Assembly: GCA_964581155.1 (NCBI GenBank)
Contig: CAZONP010000002.1
Location: forward strand, 1 to 43,065
Source: an uncultured Candidimonas sp.
Lineage (GTDB): Bacteria > Pseudomonadota > Gammaproteobacteria > Burkholderiales > Burkholderiaceae_B
Length of the DNA: 43,065 nucleotides
Reading direction: 5' to 3'
A model generated the notes under the pieces. The model searched no databases. It worked only from the letters and a program-made list of their open reading frames with translations, and was not told where the DNA came from. A program made the position numbers and the translations under genes. This document shows positions 1-9,642 of this stretch, piece after piece (positions within the stretch are counted from its first letter, which is position 1; each line of letters begins with the position of its first letter).

Positions 1-24
1 GCCCACACCGCCACTGCCACCGCC

Positions 25-1206
25 ATGCAAGATTCCACCACCATCATACCCACAGGCCTTCCCGCACTCGACGCCACCACAGCCGAACACAGCCTGACAG
101 TTGCCAGGTATCTGGCCGGGCAAATAAAAGCGTGCGAAGCGGGCTTCATGCCCTTCGAGCAGTGGATGCATCTTGCGCTTTATGCACCGGGGCTTGGCTA
201 TTACGCCGCCGGCAGCACCAAGTTCGGCCAGAACCTGCCCACGGGCGACTTCACAACGGCGCCGGAACTTACTCCATTGTTCGGGCAAACGCTGGCCAGA
301 CAAGTTGCGCAAGTGCTGCGGGAAAGCGATTCCATTCGGGTTCTGGAATTTGGCGCCGGCTCCGGCGCCCTGGCTGCGGCCATCATCCCGGCTCTACGCG
401 AACTGGGCATTGAGCCGGAGTATCGAATACTGGAAGTATCCGCCGATCTGCGCGCGCGCCAGGCGCTGCGCCTGGCCGAGTTCGGCGCCGGCGTTCAGTG
501 GCTGGACACCTTGCCGACGCAATTTTCAGGCTGCATTTTGGCCAATGAAGTGCTGGATGCAATGCCTACCACTCTATTCTGCTGGAGCGACGACGCATCC
601 GTCATGGAGATAGGGGTCCGCGTGGAAGGCACGGACGCCTCGCCATCGTTCGCTCTGGCCCAGCGCACGGCGAACCCGGCGCTGCAAGCCGCAGTGGCGG
701 CGCGCATGCCGCCACTGCGGGGATACCAATCAGAAATCAATCCGCAGGCCGAATCCTGGATCGCGCAAATGGGTTCGTGGTTGGAACGCGGAGCGGCAAT
801 TCTCATCGACTATGGCTTTCCGCAACGCGAGTACTATCATCCGCAACGCGCCACCGGCACGCTTATGTGCCACTTCCGCCACCACAGCCACGACCAGCCG
901 CTGCTTTATCCCGGCGTTCAGGACATCACTACCCACGTGGACTTTACCGCCATGGCGGATGCCGCTTTGGAGGCCGGGCTGGACGTAATGGGCTACACCT
1001 CGCAGGCCAGGTTCCTGATGAACGCGGGGCTCGCGGAACAGCTTGCGCTGCAAGACATGACGGCCAGCGGTGCCGCCCTGTCCGCCATGCAGAAGCTGGT
1101 ATCGGAAGCCGAAATGGGCGAGCTCTTCAAGGTGCTGGCCATAGGCCGGGGCATAAATGCGCCGCTGATCGGCTTTTCGCGCGGTGACCGGCGTGATCGC
1201 CTGTAG
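25..1206 (+). CDS. SAM-dependent methyltransferase, MidA/NDUFAF7 family
   Basis: Family motifs GLGYY, GDFTTAPE, EFGAGSG (SAM motif I), NEVLDA, IDYG, QDITTHVDF. Confidence 0.88.
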   Translation: MQDSTTIIPTGLPALDATTAEHSLTVARYLAGQIKACEAGFMPFEQWMHLALYAPGLGYYAAGSTKFGQNLPTGDFTTAPELTPLFGQTLARQVAQVLRESDSIRVLEFGAGSGALAAAIIPALRELGIEPEYRILEVSADLRARQALRLAEFGAGVQWLDTLPTQFSGCILANEVLDAMPTTLFCWSDDASVMEIGVRVEGTDASPSFALAQRTANPALQAAVAARMPPLRGYQSEINPQAESWIAQMGSWLERGAAILIDYGFPQREYYHPQRATGTLMCHFRHHSHDQPLLYPGVQDITTHVDFTAMADAALEAGLDVMGYTSQARFLMNAGLAEQLALQDMTASGAALSAMQKLVSEAEMGELFKVLAIGRGINAPLIGFSRGDRRDRL

Positions 1207-1223
1207 AATGCAACGGTGAAAAA

Positions 1224-2345
1224 CTAGGAGTTTGCTGGCGCCGCCGGCAAGGATTCCAGCGCATGCAGCCGGGCTTCGCGCAACGCCTGCTTGATACGCT
1301 GCGGGTCGCCGACGAATTTGGTGGCGATGCTGCCTGCGGCTATACCGCGAATTGCTTCGATTCGTGCGCGCCATGCGTCGATATCTACAGTGACCACACA
1401 TAGTGCTGCGTGGAACAACGCCAGGCAGCGCTCGGGCTTGCGCAAGGCATCGACTCGCTCCAGCAGATCGAGCCACTGCTCGGGGCCGCCTCCAATGGCA
1501 ATAGCTTCCAGTATCACGGGAAATAAACGGGCATAGTCCTGGCAGTCGCTGGGTGCCCGTACGTGCCGCCCGACGGCCTGTGGGTCCGCGGACTGGCGGC
1601 ACAAAATGGCGACGCGAGCCGCCAGCGCCAAGCCATTTCGCGAGGCGCAAGCCAATTCGCGCGCCGTGTCGGGGGTGAACTCCAGCCCCGGCAACACGCG
1701 GGGGAGCGCACCGGTCTGCGCCAGCACGTCGAACATTCGGCCCGGCTGCCCGGCCATTAATCCCTTGGCGACCTCTTGCCAGACGCGTTCGGGAACCAGC
1801 GCATCGACTTCCCCTTGCGTGACCAGCCGGCAGGCAAGCCCCATGGTTTCCGGCGCGATTGAAAAATCATGAAAGCGCGCGGCGAATCGGGCGAGGCGCA
1901 GCAGGCGCACAGGGTCTTCAACGAAGGCCTGCCCCACATGCCGCAGTATGCGATTCCGGATGTCGGATTGCCCGTCCATCGGATCCACAAGCGTTCCATC
2001 AGGCCGCTGCGCAATGGCATTGACGGTCAGGTCGCGCCGTTGCAAATCATCCTCAAGACTTACGTCCGGACCAGTGTGGAATGTAAATCCTTTGTAGCCA
2101 CGCCCGGACTTGCGCTCGGTTCGCGCGAGTGCGTATTCCTCTTTCGTGCGTGGATGTAGAAATACAGGAAAATCGCCGCCCACGGGAATGAAGCCCCGGG
2201 CCGCCATATCTTCCGGTGTTGCACCTACCACCACCCAGTCGCGGTCGCCGGCGGGCAGACCCAGCAAGGCGTCGCGCACCGCGCCGCCAACGATATAAAC
2301 GCGCAAGCCCTGCACCGCTGGATCGGGCACCCGAGCCGTGGTCAT
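1224..2345 (-). CDS. cca: CCA tRNA nucleotidyltransferase (short form, no HD domain)
   Basis: [45 protein letters not shown]; start overlaps the slt stop (ATGA). Confidence 0.95.
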   Translation of the reverse strand: MTTARVPDPAVQGLRVYIVGGAVRDALLGLPAGDRDWVVVGATPEDMAARGFIPVGGDFPVFLHPRTKEEYALARTERKSGRGYKGFTFHTGPDVSLEDDLQRRDLTVNAIAQRPDGTLVDPMDGQSDIRNRILRHVGQAFVEDPVRLLRLARFAARFHDFSIAPETMGLACRLVTQGEVDALVPERVWQEVAKGLMAGQPGRMFDVLAQTGALPRVLPGLEFTPDTARELACASRNGLALAARVAILCRQSADPQAVGRHVRAPSDCQDYARLFPVILEAIAIGGGPEQWLDLLERVDALRKPERCLALFHAALCVVTVDIDAWRARIEAIRGIAAGSIATKFVGDPQRIKQALREARLHALESLPAAPANS

Positions 2346-4399
2346 GGAAGCGCGACGCGCCGGGATGGCGCCGGCGATATCGTGCCCAGACGTTTCTTGA
2401 GCGAGTTAGGCTTGCCTGTGAACAGCATGTCATAGTAGGTGGCGTTGGACATTACGTTCTTGACGTACAAGCGGGTTTCAGTGAACGGTATGGTTTCGGC
2501 GAATATTGCGCCCTCGACCGGCGCGGCCAACTTGGCGCGCCATTGCACCGGCCGGCCCGGCCCGGCGTTATAGCCGGCAGTGGCCAACACCTGCGAACCG
2601 TTCAGGTCGTTCAACACCATGCTCAGGTAACTGGTGCCCAGCACTGTATTGGTATCAAAATCGTTGACCGATGCCGCAGTGAAGTTCTTCATGCCGATTT
2701 TCTTGGCGACCCAACGGGCCGTCGCCGGCATTAGCTGCATAAGACCGGATGCCCCCACGCGCGACCGTGCGTCGGTGATGAAACGGGATTCCTGCCGGAT
2801 GAGCCCATACACCCACGCGGAATCAAGATTGATCAAACGCGCCTTTTCGGTGACACGGCCCTCGAATGGCGCGATAAACCGCTGCTTGAAGTCGACCTCG
2901 TTCTGGGTAAGGAGCGACGTGTTTACGACCCGGTCGTAGATATGCTGCTGGCGAGCGAATTCCGCCGCGGCCAATAGCTGACGATCATTCATGCCTTTCA
3001 GGGCAAAATTCCATTCGGGCACCGCTTCGGAGCGCCAGCCAAGTTCGAACATCTGGACGGCCCGCTGCAGTCCGGAGTTTGCCTGAACCGCCTGCAGCTC
3101 GGCAGCCGTCACGGGAGTCGGGCTGGGCGGCAAAACCGGCGTCTTGCCGAGTTCTTCACTCGCCAACTGCCCATAAAAATTCAACTCGCCCGAGATTGAC
3201 TGGAAGTGTTCAGCCGCTGCTTTTTCGTTGCCTTGCGCCGCCAGGGCGCGCGCATACCAATAAACCCATACGGGCTCGGCGGCTTGCGAAGAAGACATTC
3301 TTCGTATGGATTTGGCGACCCAGTCCCAGTCCACGGGTGCCTGACGTAATTCGCTGCGGACCTGCCATGCATGGGTGTAGTCGGTAAGCCGGATATTGCC
3401 CGAACGGCGGTACCATTCAGCGGCGTCGGGGTCGACATTCAGTGCCGCGACCAAACCGAATTGGCTCCATACCCATTCCATGTCGGACTTGGGGATGGCC
3501 TTGACCCATTCCGCCTGTACATAGGCGGCGTTGGCTTCTCGCGTCTTGCCGTAAGCAAGTCGCGATAACGCCAGCGTCACCAGCTCAGTATGCGCCCGCG
3601 ACCTTGGCGGCTTCTGTCGCGCCAACCATGCTTTCGGGTCCTTCATGAGTGCGGCGTAGTGCACCATCTCGGCCCCGTCGAACATGACGGCCGCAAGGCG
3701 CTGGGCGTTAGCGGTCTTGTTGGTTTCGAGGGTCGCGCGCAACATGCCTTGCAAATCTTTCCACCCCACGACCTTACTGTCAGCCAGCTCGTCGAGCATG
3801 GTCCAGCACTGTCGATTCGGCGAGAAGGCATTGACTGCCTCTGCGGTTTTGACGCGCATGCCTGTCGTGTGCCGCGCCAGTAACAGCGAACACTGGATTT
3901 GTGAATTGCTATTGACCACGGGGCCAAGCTTGAGTGCAAGGGCGTAGTCGCCGGCACGCGTGGCGGCGACTATCCAGTCCCCGGTGACCTTGTCAGCGAG
4001 GTAGGCGTCTTTGTTTACCTGCATGAATTGCCGCAGTTGGTCGTCGGGCACGGGCTGGGTGCTGTCGTGCAGCTTTTGACGCAATAGCCAATATTGCGCG
4101 TAGGATCCCAGCACGGGATCGGCTTGCGCCAAAGGTGCGAGGCCTTGGAGCCGCGACCATTGCTTTTTTTGCATGGCGTCGCGCGCGTCCACCACGGCCT
4201 GCCGCGCCGCCGGAGGCGTGAGTAATCGGATGGTTCCGGTGTCCGGGGCGGCTATGGCGGCAACCGGCACGAGCGTCTGGCGCAAGTCGATGTTGGCCTT
4301 CGCAACGGACGCAGCAGGCGGTTCAGCGGCCGTACATCCTGTCAGACCAATGGATAGCGCCAGCCAAAGGCCTACGTGAGTATGTTTTTTCAGGCTCAT
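2342..4399 (-). CDS. slt: Slt-family lytic murein transglycosylase, probable lipoprotein
   Basis: C-terminal SLT domain ([39 protein letters not shown]). Start set at MSLKK (4399), which gives a signal peptide ending in LTGC; start uncertain. Confidence 0.9.
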   Translation of the reverse strand: MSLKKHTHVGLWLALSIGLTGCTAAEPPAASVAKANIDLRQTLVPVAAIAAPDTGTIRLLTPPAARQAVVDARDAMQKKQWSRLQGLAPLAQADPVLGSYAQYWLLRQKLHDSTQPVPDDQLRQFMQVNKDAYLADKVTGDWIVAATRAGDYALALKLGPVVNSNSQIQCSLLLARHTTGMRVKTAEAVNAFSPNRQCWTMLDELADSKVVGWKDLQGMLRATLETNKTANAQRLAAVMFDGAEMVHYAALMKDPKAWLARQKPPRSRAHTELVTLALSRLAYGKTREANAAYVQAEWVKAIPKSDMEWVWSQFGLVAALNVDPDAAEWYRRSGNIRLTDYTHAWQVRSELRQAPVDWDWVAKSIRRMSSSQAAEPVWVYWYARALAAQGNEKAAAEHFQSISGELNFYGQLASEELGKTPVLPPSPTPVTAAELQAVQANSGLQRAVQMFELGWRSEAVPEWNFALKGMNDRQLLAAAEFARQQHIYDRVVNTSLLTQNEVDFKQRFIAPFEGRVTEKARLINLDSAWVYGLIRQESRFITDARSRVGASGLMQLMPATARWVAKKIGMKNFTAASVNDFDTNTVLGTSYLSMVLNDLNGSQVLATAGYNAGPGRPVQWRAKLAAPVEGAIFAETIPFTETRLYVKNVMSNATYYDMLFTGKPNSLKKRLGTISPAPSRRVALP

Positions 4400-4474
4400 G
4401 CCGGAAACACTTCGCGATTTCTGATACCGTTGCCTTTTGATTGCCATCTTGTCTGGATTCCACATAACACCGCC

Positions 4475-5107
4475 ATGAATAACAGCATAGAGAATAACGC
4501 AGTCCCACTACGGGTGCGATTAAAAGAGCGTCGGGCCGCACAGAGCCCGGTTGATCGGAATAGAGGCGGGCTGCTGATCCGGGGCCGTCTGTTCACGTGG
4601 CTGGCGACAAATTGCAGCAAGCTGCGCGAGGCTGGCAAGCCATTGCCGCGCCATATCGCAGCCTTCTGGCCCTTGGCCGACGAACCCCAGCTGCAACCGC
4701 TCTTGCAGCAATGGGTGGAAGAGGAAGGTTATAGCGTATCGTTGCCGGTGGTTTCACGCGACGATGCCCCGCTTGAATTCAGGCTCTGGACCCCCGACAC
4801 GCCCATGCATGCGGGCAGCTATGGCATTCTGGAGCCAGAAGGCGATCCGGCGCCACTTCCCGACATTGTGCTGGTCCCCACGCTGGGTTATACCCGCCAA
4901 GGCGATCGCGTCGGGTACGGCAAGGGTTATTACGACCGCACACTTGCCGCCCTTAAACAAAAAAAGCACCCCTACACCAGTATCGGCATAGCATGGGCCA
5001 CTGGCGATTTAACTGGCGATTCCTATACAGCCGGGGACCATGACGTCAGGCTGGACGCCATCCTCACCGACAAAGGCTGGGCGGTCCCCGCACCCACACT
5101 AGTGTAG
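4475..5107 (+). CDS. 5-formyltetrahydrofolate cyclo-ligase
   Basis: FWPLADEP, LPVV, YGILEP, LVPTLGY, RVGYGKGYYDRTL, HDVRLDAILT; start moved to ATG 4475 to avoid overlap with slt. Confidence 0.92.
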   Translation: MNNSIENNAVPLRVRLKERRAAQSPVDRNRGGLLIRGRLFTWLATNCSKLREAGKPLPRHIAAFWPLADEPQLQPLLQQWVEEEGYSVSLPVVSRDDAPLEFRLWTPDTPMHAGSYGILEPEGDPAPLPDIVLVPTLGYTRQGDRVGYGKGYYDRTLAALKQKKHPYTSIGIAWATGDLTGDSYTAGDHDVRLDAILTDKGWAVPAPTLV

Positions 5108-5128
5108 GCGCAAGGGCCGTTGCTTGCG

Positions 5129-5965
5129 CTATACCCGCAATTGCTGCCAGATGGCAGCCGTTGCGTCGGCATTGTTCAGTGTGTAGAAATGCAAACCCGG
5201 CGCCCCGCCGTCCAGCAAGTCTTGCGACAGCCTGGAAACAACGTCAATGCCGAACGCCCTGATGGATGCCTTGTCGTCGCCGAAATCGGCGAGCCTGAGG
5301 CGTATCCAACGTGGAATTTCAGACCCGCACATTGTCGAGAACCTGGCCAACTGCGCATAGTTGGTGATGGGCATGATCCCTGGAACGATGGGGATATCCA
5401 CACCCTTGCCACGCACCCTGCTCATAAAGTCGAAGTAGGCGTCGGGATTGAAAAAATACTGCGTAATCGCGCTGTTCGCACCTGCCTGGACCTTGCTGAT
5501 GAAGTGGTCCAGATCCGCTGCCGACCCCGTGGCCTGAGGATGCATCTCGGGGTAGGCGGCGACTTCGATATGAAACCAATCGCCACTATGCTGACGAATG
5601 AATGCCACCAGCTCGCTGGCATAGTGCAGGTCGCCCGCATCACCGCCCATGCCCGAGGGCAAGTCGCCGCGCAAGGCCACGATCCGCTTGACGCCCATGG
5701 CCTTGTACGCATCCAGGATGTCCGCCAAGGCGGTTCGCGTGGCCCCTATGCAGGACAAGTGGGGTGCCGCTTCGCAGCCCAAACCTTGCAGCGTGCGAAC
5801 CGTGTCGGCCGTGCCGCTACGTGTCGACCCACCGGCGCCGAAGGTGACGCTGACATAGGCAGGATTCAGGCTTAACAACTTGCCGGCTGAACGCACCAGC
5901 TTATCGTGGGCGGCGTTGTCGCGGGGCGGAAAGAACTCCAGACTGATTGCCTTCTTATCGCTCAT
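5129..5965 (-). CDS. metF: 5,10-methylenetetrahydrofolate reductase
   Basis: SLEFFPP, SVTFGAGGSTR, ALRGDLP, AAYPEMHP, AITQYFF, PGLHFYTLN. Confidence 0.97.
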   Translation of the reverse strand: MSDKKAISLEFFPPRDNAAHDKLVRSAGKLLSLNPAYVSVTFGAGGSTRSGTADTVRTLQGLGCEAAPHLSCIGATRTALADILDAYKAMGVKRIVALRGDLPSGMGGDAGDLHYASELVAFIRQHSGDWFHIEVAAYPEMHPQATGSAADLDHFISKVQAGANSAITQYFFNPDAYFDFMSRVRGKGVDIPIVPGIMPITNYAQLARFSTMCGSEIPRWIRLRLADFGDDKASIRAFGIDVVSRLSQDLLDGGAPGLHFYTLNNADATAAIWQQLRV

Positions 5966-6300
5966 TGACCCAACAACCTTGATAGAAGCCCCGACACAAT
6001 GCTATAGATGAACGCACCCAGCAGCGCCCACCAAAAGCCATTGACCTGGAAGCCCTTCAATACTGAGCCGGCGAACCAGAAGACTAATGCGTTAAGCACC
6101 AAAAGGAAGAGCCCCAGCGTCACAATAGTGATGGGCAGAGTCAACAGGATAAGCAGCGGCTTGACCAGCGTGTTGAGCAGGCCCAGCACTAACGCTGCGA
6201 TCAAGGCCGACCCGAACGAAGCCACCGTGATCCCGGGAAGGATGTACGCCACGATCAGTAAAGCGACCGCGTTCAGTATCCAGACAAGAATAAGTTCCAT
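5962..6300 (-). CDS. Four-TM membrane protein, phage holin family 4 / YvlD-like
   Basis: Hydrophobic 112 aa with ALVLGLLNTLVKPLL.LLTLP..IVTLGLF..VLNA and GFWWAL; stop overlaps metF start (ATGA); GGAGG RBS upstream. Confidence 0.88.
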   Translation of the reverse strand: MELILVWILNAVALLIVAYILPGITVASFGSALIAALVLGLLNTLVKPLLILLTLPITIVTLGLFLLVLNALVFWFAGSVLKGFQVNGFWWALLGAFIYSIVSGLLSRLLGQ

Positions 6301-6327
6301 GATGAAACCTCCAGAGGATAAGAAAGG

Positions 6328-7746
6328 TTAGTAGCGATAGTGCTCTGGCTTGTATGGACCAGCTACCGGCACATTGATGTAGTCCGCCTGATCCTGGCGC
6401 AATTCGGTCAGTTGCACGCCCAATTTCTTCAAGTGCAGACGCGCCACTTTCTCGTCGAGGTGCTTGGGAAGAACATAAACCTGGCCCTTCTTGTATGCGT
6501 CGCCACGAGTAAAAAGCTCGATCTGCGCAATGGTCTGGTTAGTGAACGATGCCGACATGACGAAGGACGGATGGCCTGTCGCGCAGCCCAGGTTGACCAG
6601 GCGCCCCTTGGCCAGCAGGATAATGCGCTTGCCATCCGGGAAAATAACGTGATCCACCTGGGGTTTGACTTCTTCCCATTCCAGGCTTTCGATGGAAGCC
6701 ACATCGATTTCATTGTCGAAGTGACCGATATTGCAAACGATGGCCTGGTCTTTCATGCGGTCCATATGTTCGCGCGTGATCACGTGGTAGTTGCCCGTGG
6801 CCGTTACGAAAATAACGGCATGCTCGGCGGCTACTTCGAGCGAGACGACTTTGTAGCATTCCATCTACGCCTCCAGGTCGCAAATGGGGTCGACTTCGGT
6901 TACCCATACCTGGGCGCGCAAGGCGGACAACGCCTGGGCGCAGCCTTTACCTACGTCGCCAAAGCCGCATACAACCGCGACCTTGCCGGCGATCATGACA
7001 TCGGTGGCGCGCTTGATGCCGTCGACCAGGGACTCGCGGCAGCCGTACAGGTTGTCGAACTTGGACTTGGTGACTGAATCGTTGACGTTGATGCCTGGAA
7101 AGGCCAGTTCGCCCTTGCGCGACATTTGATACAGGCGATGCACGCCCGTGGTGGTTTCCTCTGTCACGCCCTTGACTTGCGCCAGACGCGTGGAATACCA
7201 CTTGGGATCGCGGGCCAGCTGGGCCTTGATGGAGGCAAACAGCACTCGCTCTTCTTCGCTGCCGGGATTGTCCAGCACCGAGATATTGGTTTCCGCCTTG
7301 GTGCCCAGATGCAGCAACGTTGTTGCGTCGCCGCCATCATCCAGGATCATGTTGGCATGCTGGCCATTGGGCCACTGGAAAATCTGGTGCGTGTATTGCC
7401 AATAATCTTCCAGCGTCTCACCCTTGACTGCAAAGACGGGCGTACCGCTGGCCGCAATTGCCGCAGCGGCGTGATCCTGGGTGGAGAAAATATTGCAGGA
7501 GGCCCAGCGCACTTCGGCACCCAGCGCTGTCAGGGTTTCGATCAGTACTGCAGTCTGGATCGTCATGTGCAGGCTGCCGGCAATGCGGGCGCCCTTAAGG
7601 GGTTGCGATGCGGCGTATTCTTCGCGGGTGGCCATCAGGCCAGGCATTTCGGTTTCGGCGATGGCGATTTCGCGACGCCCCCAGCCGGCCAACGCGATGT
7701 CGGCAATGGTGTAATCGGAAAAAGTGGTTTCAGCGACAGTGTTCAT
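6328..7746 (-). pseudogene. ahcY: Adenosylhomocysteinase as sequenced is split by an in-frame TAG at 6865-6867; probably a sequencing error in an intact CDS
   Basis: ORFs 6865..7746 and 6328..6864 are contiguous and in the same frame. Together they give a full AhcY ([61 protein letters not shown]). Confidence 0.9.
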
Positions 7747-7785
7747 GGTGTGGTCCCAATAAACCCGTAGCGGCCAAAACGATGC

Positions 7786-7825
7786 AACAAGAGCTCATCT
7801 TTCGCCCCTACGGGGAATGATGAGC
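7786..7825 (-). terminator. Putative terminator-like hairpin, the SAH riboswitch expression platform
   Basis: Minus strand GCTCATC...CCCC-GTA-GGGG...GATGAGC then TCTTGTT; the 5' arm overlaps the riboswitch pseudoknot strand. Confidence 0.45.
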
Positions 7826-7922
7826 GCCGTTGAAACGGAAAACCTTCCTGAGCCTAGCGGACGGTAAGCGCACAAAGCCATGGGCTTGGGCTCCCGCGCC
7901 GTTGCAGCGCTCCTCAGGAAGG
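7821..7922 (-). ncRNA. SAH riboswitch upstream of ahcY
   Basis: Minus strand CCTTCCTGAG-GAGCGCTGCAACGG...CCGCTAGG-CTCAGGAAGG...AACGGCGCTCA: 10-bp P1, conserved core and pseudoknot strand; canonical position. Confidence 0.93.
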
Positions 7923-7926
7923 CCAG

Positions 7927-7932
7927 ATTTTA
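7927..7932 (-). promoter_or_regulatory. sigma70 -10 element (TAAAAT) for the SAH riboswitch-ahcY transcript
   Basis: TAAAAT lies 4 nt before the P1 stem. Confidence 0.55.
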
Positions 7933-7943
7933 ACGTAAATGCT

Positions 7944-8174
7944 TCACTTGCGTCCGGACTCGCTACGCGCGTCTTTGGATGAGCCCCCACGGGGGTACCC
8001 CTGCTGCGCAATGCGCTCCCGGACCTGCTGCTTTTCGGCGTCATCCAGAAACACCCAATTAGCCACTTCCATGGCCGTGCGCCCGCAGCCCCGACAGATG
8101 TCGTCGTACAACGTCGTACATACGGCAATGCAGGGTGAATCGGTGGGGGTCAGTTTGCGCGTATCGTCGGGCAT
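7944..8174 (-). CDS. DUF1289 family small Cys-rich protein (predicted Fe-S/metal binding)
   Basis: SPCIAVC-x7-CRGCGRT..EVANW motif; start at 8174 or 8198. Confidence 0.85.
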   Translation of the reverse strand: MPDDTRKLTPTDSPCIAVCTTLYDDICRGCGRTAMEVANWVFLDDAEKQQVRERIAQQGYPRGGSSKDARSESGRK

Positions 8175-8228
8175 GGTGTTTTCGACGGCATGCGGCATGC
8201 CAAACAGGCGGCCGCATGCGGTTCTTGC

Positions 8229-9392
8229 TTAAGCAGCCTTCTTGAGAACCTGGATTTTGTCAGTGGCTTCCCAGCTGAATTCGGGTTCCGGGCGGCCGAA
8301 GTGTCCGTAAGCCGCCGTTTTGGTATAGATGGGACGCAACAGGTCCAGCATGTCGATGATGCCTTTGGGACGCAGATCGAAGTGTTCGCGAACCAGGCGC
8401 GCGATCTGGTCGTCGGGAATTATGCCCGTGCCTTCGGTGTAGACCGTGATATTGATGGGCTCGGCCACGCCAATGGCATAGCTGACCTGCACTTGGCATT
8501 GCCGGGCCAAGCCCGCGGCCACAATATTCTTGGCGACATAGCGCGCGGCGTATGCGGCGGAACGGTCCACCTTGGACGGATCCTTGCCCGAAAACGCGCC
8601 GCCGCCGTGAGGGCAGGCGCCGCCGTAGGTGTCGACAATTATCTTGCGCCCGGTCAGACCGCAATCGCCCTGCGGGCCGCCGATGATGAAAACGCCCGTG
8701 GGGTTCACCATGAATTTCGTCTTGGAGGTAAGCAGACCGTCGGGAAAGCTGGGCTTGATGATCTGCTCGATGACGGCTTCCCTGATGTCGCCCTGCGAAA
8801 TGTCGGGGGCATGCTGCGTCGACAAGACGACCGTGTCGACTTCAGCCGGCTTGCCGTTGACGTAGCGGAAGGTGACTTGCGCCTTGGCATCGGGACGCAG
8901 CCAAGGCAGGCGCCCGTCTTTGCGAAGTTCGCTTTGGCGCTGCATTAGGCGATGCGCGTACCAGATCGGAGCCGGCATCAGGTCGGGCGTTTCGTCACAC
9001 GCGTAACCAAACATCAGGCCCTGGTCCCCCGCGCCCTGGTTAAGGATTTCTTCCGGGCTGCGATCAACGCCTTGCGCGATATCGGGCGACTGCTTGTCGT
9101 AGGCCACCAACACGGCGCAACCCTTATAGTCGATGCCGTATTCCGTGTTGTCGTAGCCAATGCGCTTGATGGTGTCGCGCGCGACCTGGATATAGTCGAC
9201 GTTGGCGGTGGTGGTGATCTCACCGGCAAGTACGACCAGACCCGTATTGCACAGCGTTTCGGCGGCGACACGCGCGTTGGGGTCCTCGGTGAAGATGGCG
9301 TCGAGAATGGCGTCGGAGATTTGGTCGGCGACCTTGTCGGGATGACCTTCGGAGACGGATTCGGAGGTGAAGAGGAAGTCGGTATTAGCCAC
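8229..9392 (-). CDS. metK: S-adenosylmethionine synthetase
   Basis: [51 protein letters not shown]; GTG start at 9392 with AGGA upstream. Confidence 0.98.
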   Translation of the reverse strand: MANTDFLFTSESVSEGHPDKVADQISDAILDAIFTEDPNARVAAETLCNTGLVVLAGEITTTANVDYIQVARDTIKRIGYDNTEYGIDYKGCAVLVAYDKQSPDIAQGVDRSPEEILNQGAGDQGLMFGYACDETPDLMPAPIWYAHRLMQRQSELRKDGRLPWLRPDAKAQVTFRYVNGKPAEVDTVVLSTQHAPDISQGDIREAVIEQIIKPSFPDGLLTSKTKFMVNPTGVFIIGGPQGDCGLTGRKIIVDTYGGACPHGGGAFSGKDPSKVDRSAAYAARYVAKNIVAAGLARQCQVQVSYAIGVAEPINITVYTEGTGIIPDDQIARLVREHFDLRPKGIIDMLDLLRPIYTKTAAYGHFGRPEPEFSWEATDKIQVLKKAA

Positions 9393-9489
9393 GTTTTTGC
9401 GTCCTGTATAAAACACTGGTTGCCCAGCATGGAGGTTGAACAAACGCGTTGCACCTCGGATGCCTGTGGGACAGGGGTTTATCAGGGCG

Positions 9490-9570
9490 CGACGCTTTAG
9501 CGGTTTTTTTGCACGCCTTCGGCGAAGTAGACGTGCGATCGCTCCGCAAGTTGTCGGTTAACTCAGCGAT
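9490..9570 (-). ncRNA. SAM-II riboswitch with an inserted hairpin, upstream of metK
   Basis: Minus strand ATCGCT-GAGTTAACCGACAACTTGCGG-AGCGAT...CCGCTAAAGCGTCG. P1 is ATCGCT/AGCGAT; the loop CGAC..TTGCGG can pair with 3' CCGCTAAAG.GTCG, the SAM-II hallmark. Confidence 0.85.
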
Positions 9571-9577
9571 AAATTGC

Positions 9578-9583
9578 ATTTTA
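9578..9583 (-). promoter_or_regulatory. sigma70 -10 element (TAAAAT) for the SAM-II-metK transcript
   Basis: TAAAAT lies 7 nt before the riboswitch P1. Confidence 0.55.
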
Positions 9584-9642
9584 AGCGAAAATACGAAGGC
9601 AGTGCTTTTTTACACTTCCTACATAAGGGTTATGGCCGGCTT

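Noticed and set aside
4400-4474. 6S RNA upstream of the 5-formyl-THF cyclo-ligase gene, as in E. coli
   Set aside because: Only about 75 nt lie between the divergent genes, too short for a ~180-nt 6S RNA
5962-6300. Prophage remnant suggested by the holin family label
   Set aside because: No endolysin, structural or integrase genes; the gene is embedded in a housekeeping operon
6814-6879. Diversity-generating retroelement target or pyrrolysine recoding at the ahcY patch
   Set aside because: The inferred changes hit C and G as well as A; no template repeat, reverse transcriptase or pyl genes are in the window
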